This document shows positions 61,001 through 64,000 of a stretch of 64,000 nucleotides of DNA, piece by piece (positions within the stretch are counted from its first letter, which is position 1; every line of letters begins with the position of its first letter). The notes under the pieces were generated by a model. It worked only from the letters and a program-made list of their open reading frames with translations, searched no databases and was not told the DNA's origin. This stretch comes from Lama guanicoe (Eukaryota): positions 2,396,076-2,460,075 of the forward strand of contig MU056277.1 of the NCBI GenBank assembly GCA_013239625.1, in the 5' to 3' direction. The translations under genes and the position numbers were made by a program.

Positions 61001-63643
61001 GGCACTGTGCGGAGAGCTCGTCCGGCCTCGGGGGCGTCAGCCTTCTGAGCAGGTTTTGTTCGGTCCGGACTTGTTCCTCTGAAGGTTATTCTCAACACAG
61101 CCCCCATGGTGGGTGCCGCGGGAATCGGGTAGAAGGAGCCAGAGCGCGCCCCTCCTCTGTTCAGATCCGCGTCACCGCCCGCCCGGGCTCTCCGGGGCGC
61201 AGCTGGGGGCAGGTGAGAGAAACCCTCCCTGTGGACTCGGGAAGTAAACCAGCCTGTCTAGGGAGGCAGAGAGGGAACGCCTAAGGGAAGGAATTCTGGA
61301 GCTGGTGGCAGGAATTGAACCCAGACACTCATGTCCAAGTCTGGAGAGGCCCGGCCAGGGCTTGCAGAGCGGGGCCTGCAGACAGTGTGAGGGCAGGGCC
61401 CCCCGGTGCGGAGAGGGCCCTCCATCCCGCATCCCCGGGACCTGGGCCTTCAGCCGGCTGGTTGCTGGGCTGGGTGGGAGCTGGCGGTTCGTTACCCTGG
61501 TGAACGAGGGGAGCTCGTCCTCTCCAGGTGGAGGTAATAGGTGGTTTAGGGTGAGATCTCTGGAGAAGGGTCTTCCCGAGGGTCTGGAGGAAGGAGGCTG
61601 TTGGGGGGGTGCTCAGCTGAGTCTGAGGGGCACAGGAAGGGGGGCCTGGGCCTCGTCCGGGTCCTGCTTGGCCTCGGCATGAAGTGGCCTTCCTGAGAAA
61701 TTCACCCTTGCTGGGTCAGCGGGTACAAACGGCATTGCCCAGTGGCCAAGTTATTCTGAGTGTGCACGCTGACTCAGTTTTGTGTAATTTATTTCCGAGT
61801 ACGTGACAGTCCCATTCTGGGGTGTCATGACTGTGACCTGCTGTGAAGCTTTTCTGATGGGACTGTGGACGGACATTGCAAATCTGCAGACGCACAGGTC
61901 TAGAGGGTGGAACGAGGCAGCCGGCATGCGGCGGGGAGGGGGGCGTCTGACCTGTGGTTGCAATCAAATACGCAGCTGCCCTCACCAAACACACACACAA
62001 TCGATTTAAAAAGCTTTGGATTGGGGAGAAGAACCATGTTTTTCTTTCCTCCCCCATTTTGTTTTGGAGCCACAGAGATCAAGGTGGGTAATTTCCCGGA
62101 AAACAGCACAGCAGCCTGGCCGGGCTCAGCGTGGCCTCCAGTCCTGCCCCCCGGCTGTCGCTGCCTCGCTGTGTGGTTGCTGATGACCACGTAGGAACAG
62201 GAGCATCTGGGATAGAATTGTGGTGACAATTATCACAATTGTGGTTACTATACAGGAGGCTTCCCTGAGAGGGGAAGAAGCTAGGTCTACACAAAACCTA
62301 GAGGTGGGGGCTGAGGGAGGAGGCGCCGGAGGTTTCCTTTCTTGCCCACGATCTTGAGTTCAGTGACAGAATGAGGTTTGGATGCACAGACCAGGACATC
62401 CAAATTAGTGGTTTATAGTCTGGAGATCTAATTCTGCTACCTAATCAAAGTTTGGAGGCGGACAACCCAGGGCTGTCTTTCTGTTCTGCCTTTCTTTGCA
62501 TGCGACCTCCATTGTCAAGTTCCGTCATGGTCCAAAATGGTGGCTGGGGCTCCACCTTTATGTTCACACTCCAGGCAGCAGGAAGGATGGATGGGATAAA
62601 GGCAAAGGGACTGGCTCCTGTAAGAGGTTTCCTGTAGGACCACCCAAGTCCTTCATTAAGGCGGATGATTATCTGCTGGGAATCCAGCTGGCATGTTTCC
62701 ACATTCAGTAATCAGGGCCTGCTGAATGGAAAGAGAGGATGGACGTGCAGGTGGGGAGAGTTTGGTGTGGAAGCAGGCTCACAGGTGCACCCAGGGAGCA
62801 GTGCTGGCTGCCTGAGAGGGGAGCATGCACCTTCTCTGTGCACAGGGCGCAAAGGTCCTCCGTCCAGTCTTAGAAAGCGGCAGGTGTCTGGTTCACAGGC
62901 TCCCTGAGGTCCAGGGGTGCTTGTTAATGAGGCTAAAGTGCTGGTGGAGCTGGGCACAGAGCAGAAGCTCCACAAGCGGCCGGTGTGACTACCGCAGTGT
63001 GCGGTGAAGCCAGGGACTTGGAACCTAGGGAGGGCTCGGCCGCCCTCGGCTCTGGTATTTACCAAGAACCCACTATGTGTGGGCGCCGTCTTAGGGGAGA
63101 GGGGTGCAGCAGGGAACCAGGGAGCCTGCACCTGCCTCACTGGGCTTGTCGTCTGGGGGACAGGCATCGGGGAAGTGAGCACAGGACGTGGTGACAGTGA
63201 CTGGAGCCCCTCTGGGTGCAGTGGGGGCTGCAGGGGAGGGCAGCCGGGCTCCTGCTTCTGACCGCAGGAGGGCCAGATGGAGGCGCGGATGAGGGAGGCT
63301 GTGCAGGTGGACGAGGGGCCCTAAGTGCGGTTCAGGGATTGATGGCGAGGAACCGGCAGAAACCTCAGGGCGGGCGGAGGGGCAGTAAGAGATCCCGGTC
63401 GGAGGACCGGGGTTGGGTGAGAAGGAGCTGGGCAGTGGTGGTCTCCACGGCTTTTCAGAGGCCACTTCAGTGCACCTGAGGGGGGCCCTGGGGAGGGGCA
63501 GGGCGAGCGAATGCCAGGTTCCAGCGAGTGGGCGGCAGGGCTTCGGGGAAAGAGCCTCGCTGACCCCGAAGGTGCCCATGTTTGCTAGGACCCCTCCCCG
63601 AGCCCGGCCCTGCACTAATCAGCTCCTTGTTTGCCCTCCCCAG

Positions 63644-63786
63644 AAGGATTTGAGAGAAGAAAGAAGACATGCCTGTGGTTTGTGGGGTCTCTGCTGGTGG
63701 TGTCCACCTTCATCCTGACCATCGGCCTCGCCGCCACCACCAGGACGGAGAATGTGACCGTGGGGGGCTACTACCCTGGGATCATC
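63644..63786 (+). CDS. TMEM255B: TMEM255B exon 2: (E)GFERRKKTCLWFVGSLLVVSTFILTIGLAATTRTENVTVGGYYPGII; gene continues beyond the window
   Basis: ctccccag| ... ATC|GTGAGT; 143 nt; first TM helix and FAM70 motif AATTRTENVTVGGYYPG. Confidence 0.96.
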
Positions 63787-64000
63787 GTGAGTGCCGCAGT
63801 GCCTGGGTCTGCCGGGAGGGGCGGAGGGGCCGGGGGCCCCGGCGGACACAGATTTCTGTGAGGTAGTGACACGCTCCACCCCAGCCCCGCAGAGGAGGAG
63901 GTTAGGGTGTGGCTGTGGTGGGCTGCACAGCAGAGCACGGTCAAGGCTGCTGGTCAGCTGGCCACAGAGGGGTGAGTGTCCTGCACCGCCAGGTGGCCCG

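Overview
GC-rich mammalian genomic DNA, not prokaryotic. It carries the syntenic block TFDP1(+), ATP4B(-), GRK1(+), TMEM255B(+, first two coding exons only). I reconstructed three complete intron-containing genes with GT-AG boundaries and intact frames: TFDP1 (11 coding exons, 1233 nt, 410 aa), ATP4B (7 exons, 876 nt, 291 aa) and GRK1 (7 exons, 1692 nt, 563 aa, C-terminal CaaX box CLVS). A young tRNA-derived SINE with a 17-bp target-site duplication resembles camelid SINEs, so the species is probably a camel, alpaca or llama (inference). There are old LTR and L1 fragments, several degenerate tandem repeats and a 181-bp assembly gap in the TFDP1 CpG island. Most ORFs in the six-frame track are GC-content artefacts. 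I found no convincing new biological system. The best second-look items are an unexplained 591-codon ORF downstream of GRK1, tandem copies of the GRK1 exon-1 splice donor, loss of the N130 glycosylation sequon in ATP4B, the compact ATP4B/GRK1 divergent promoter region with CRX/NRL and GATA motifs, an overlapping bidirectional poly(A) signal, and nuclear-receptor motif clusters. Comparisons with human or pig sequences are from memory and need alignment to confirm.
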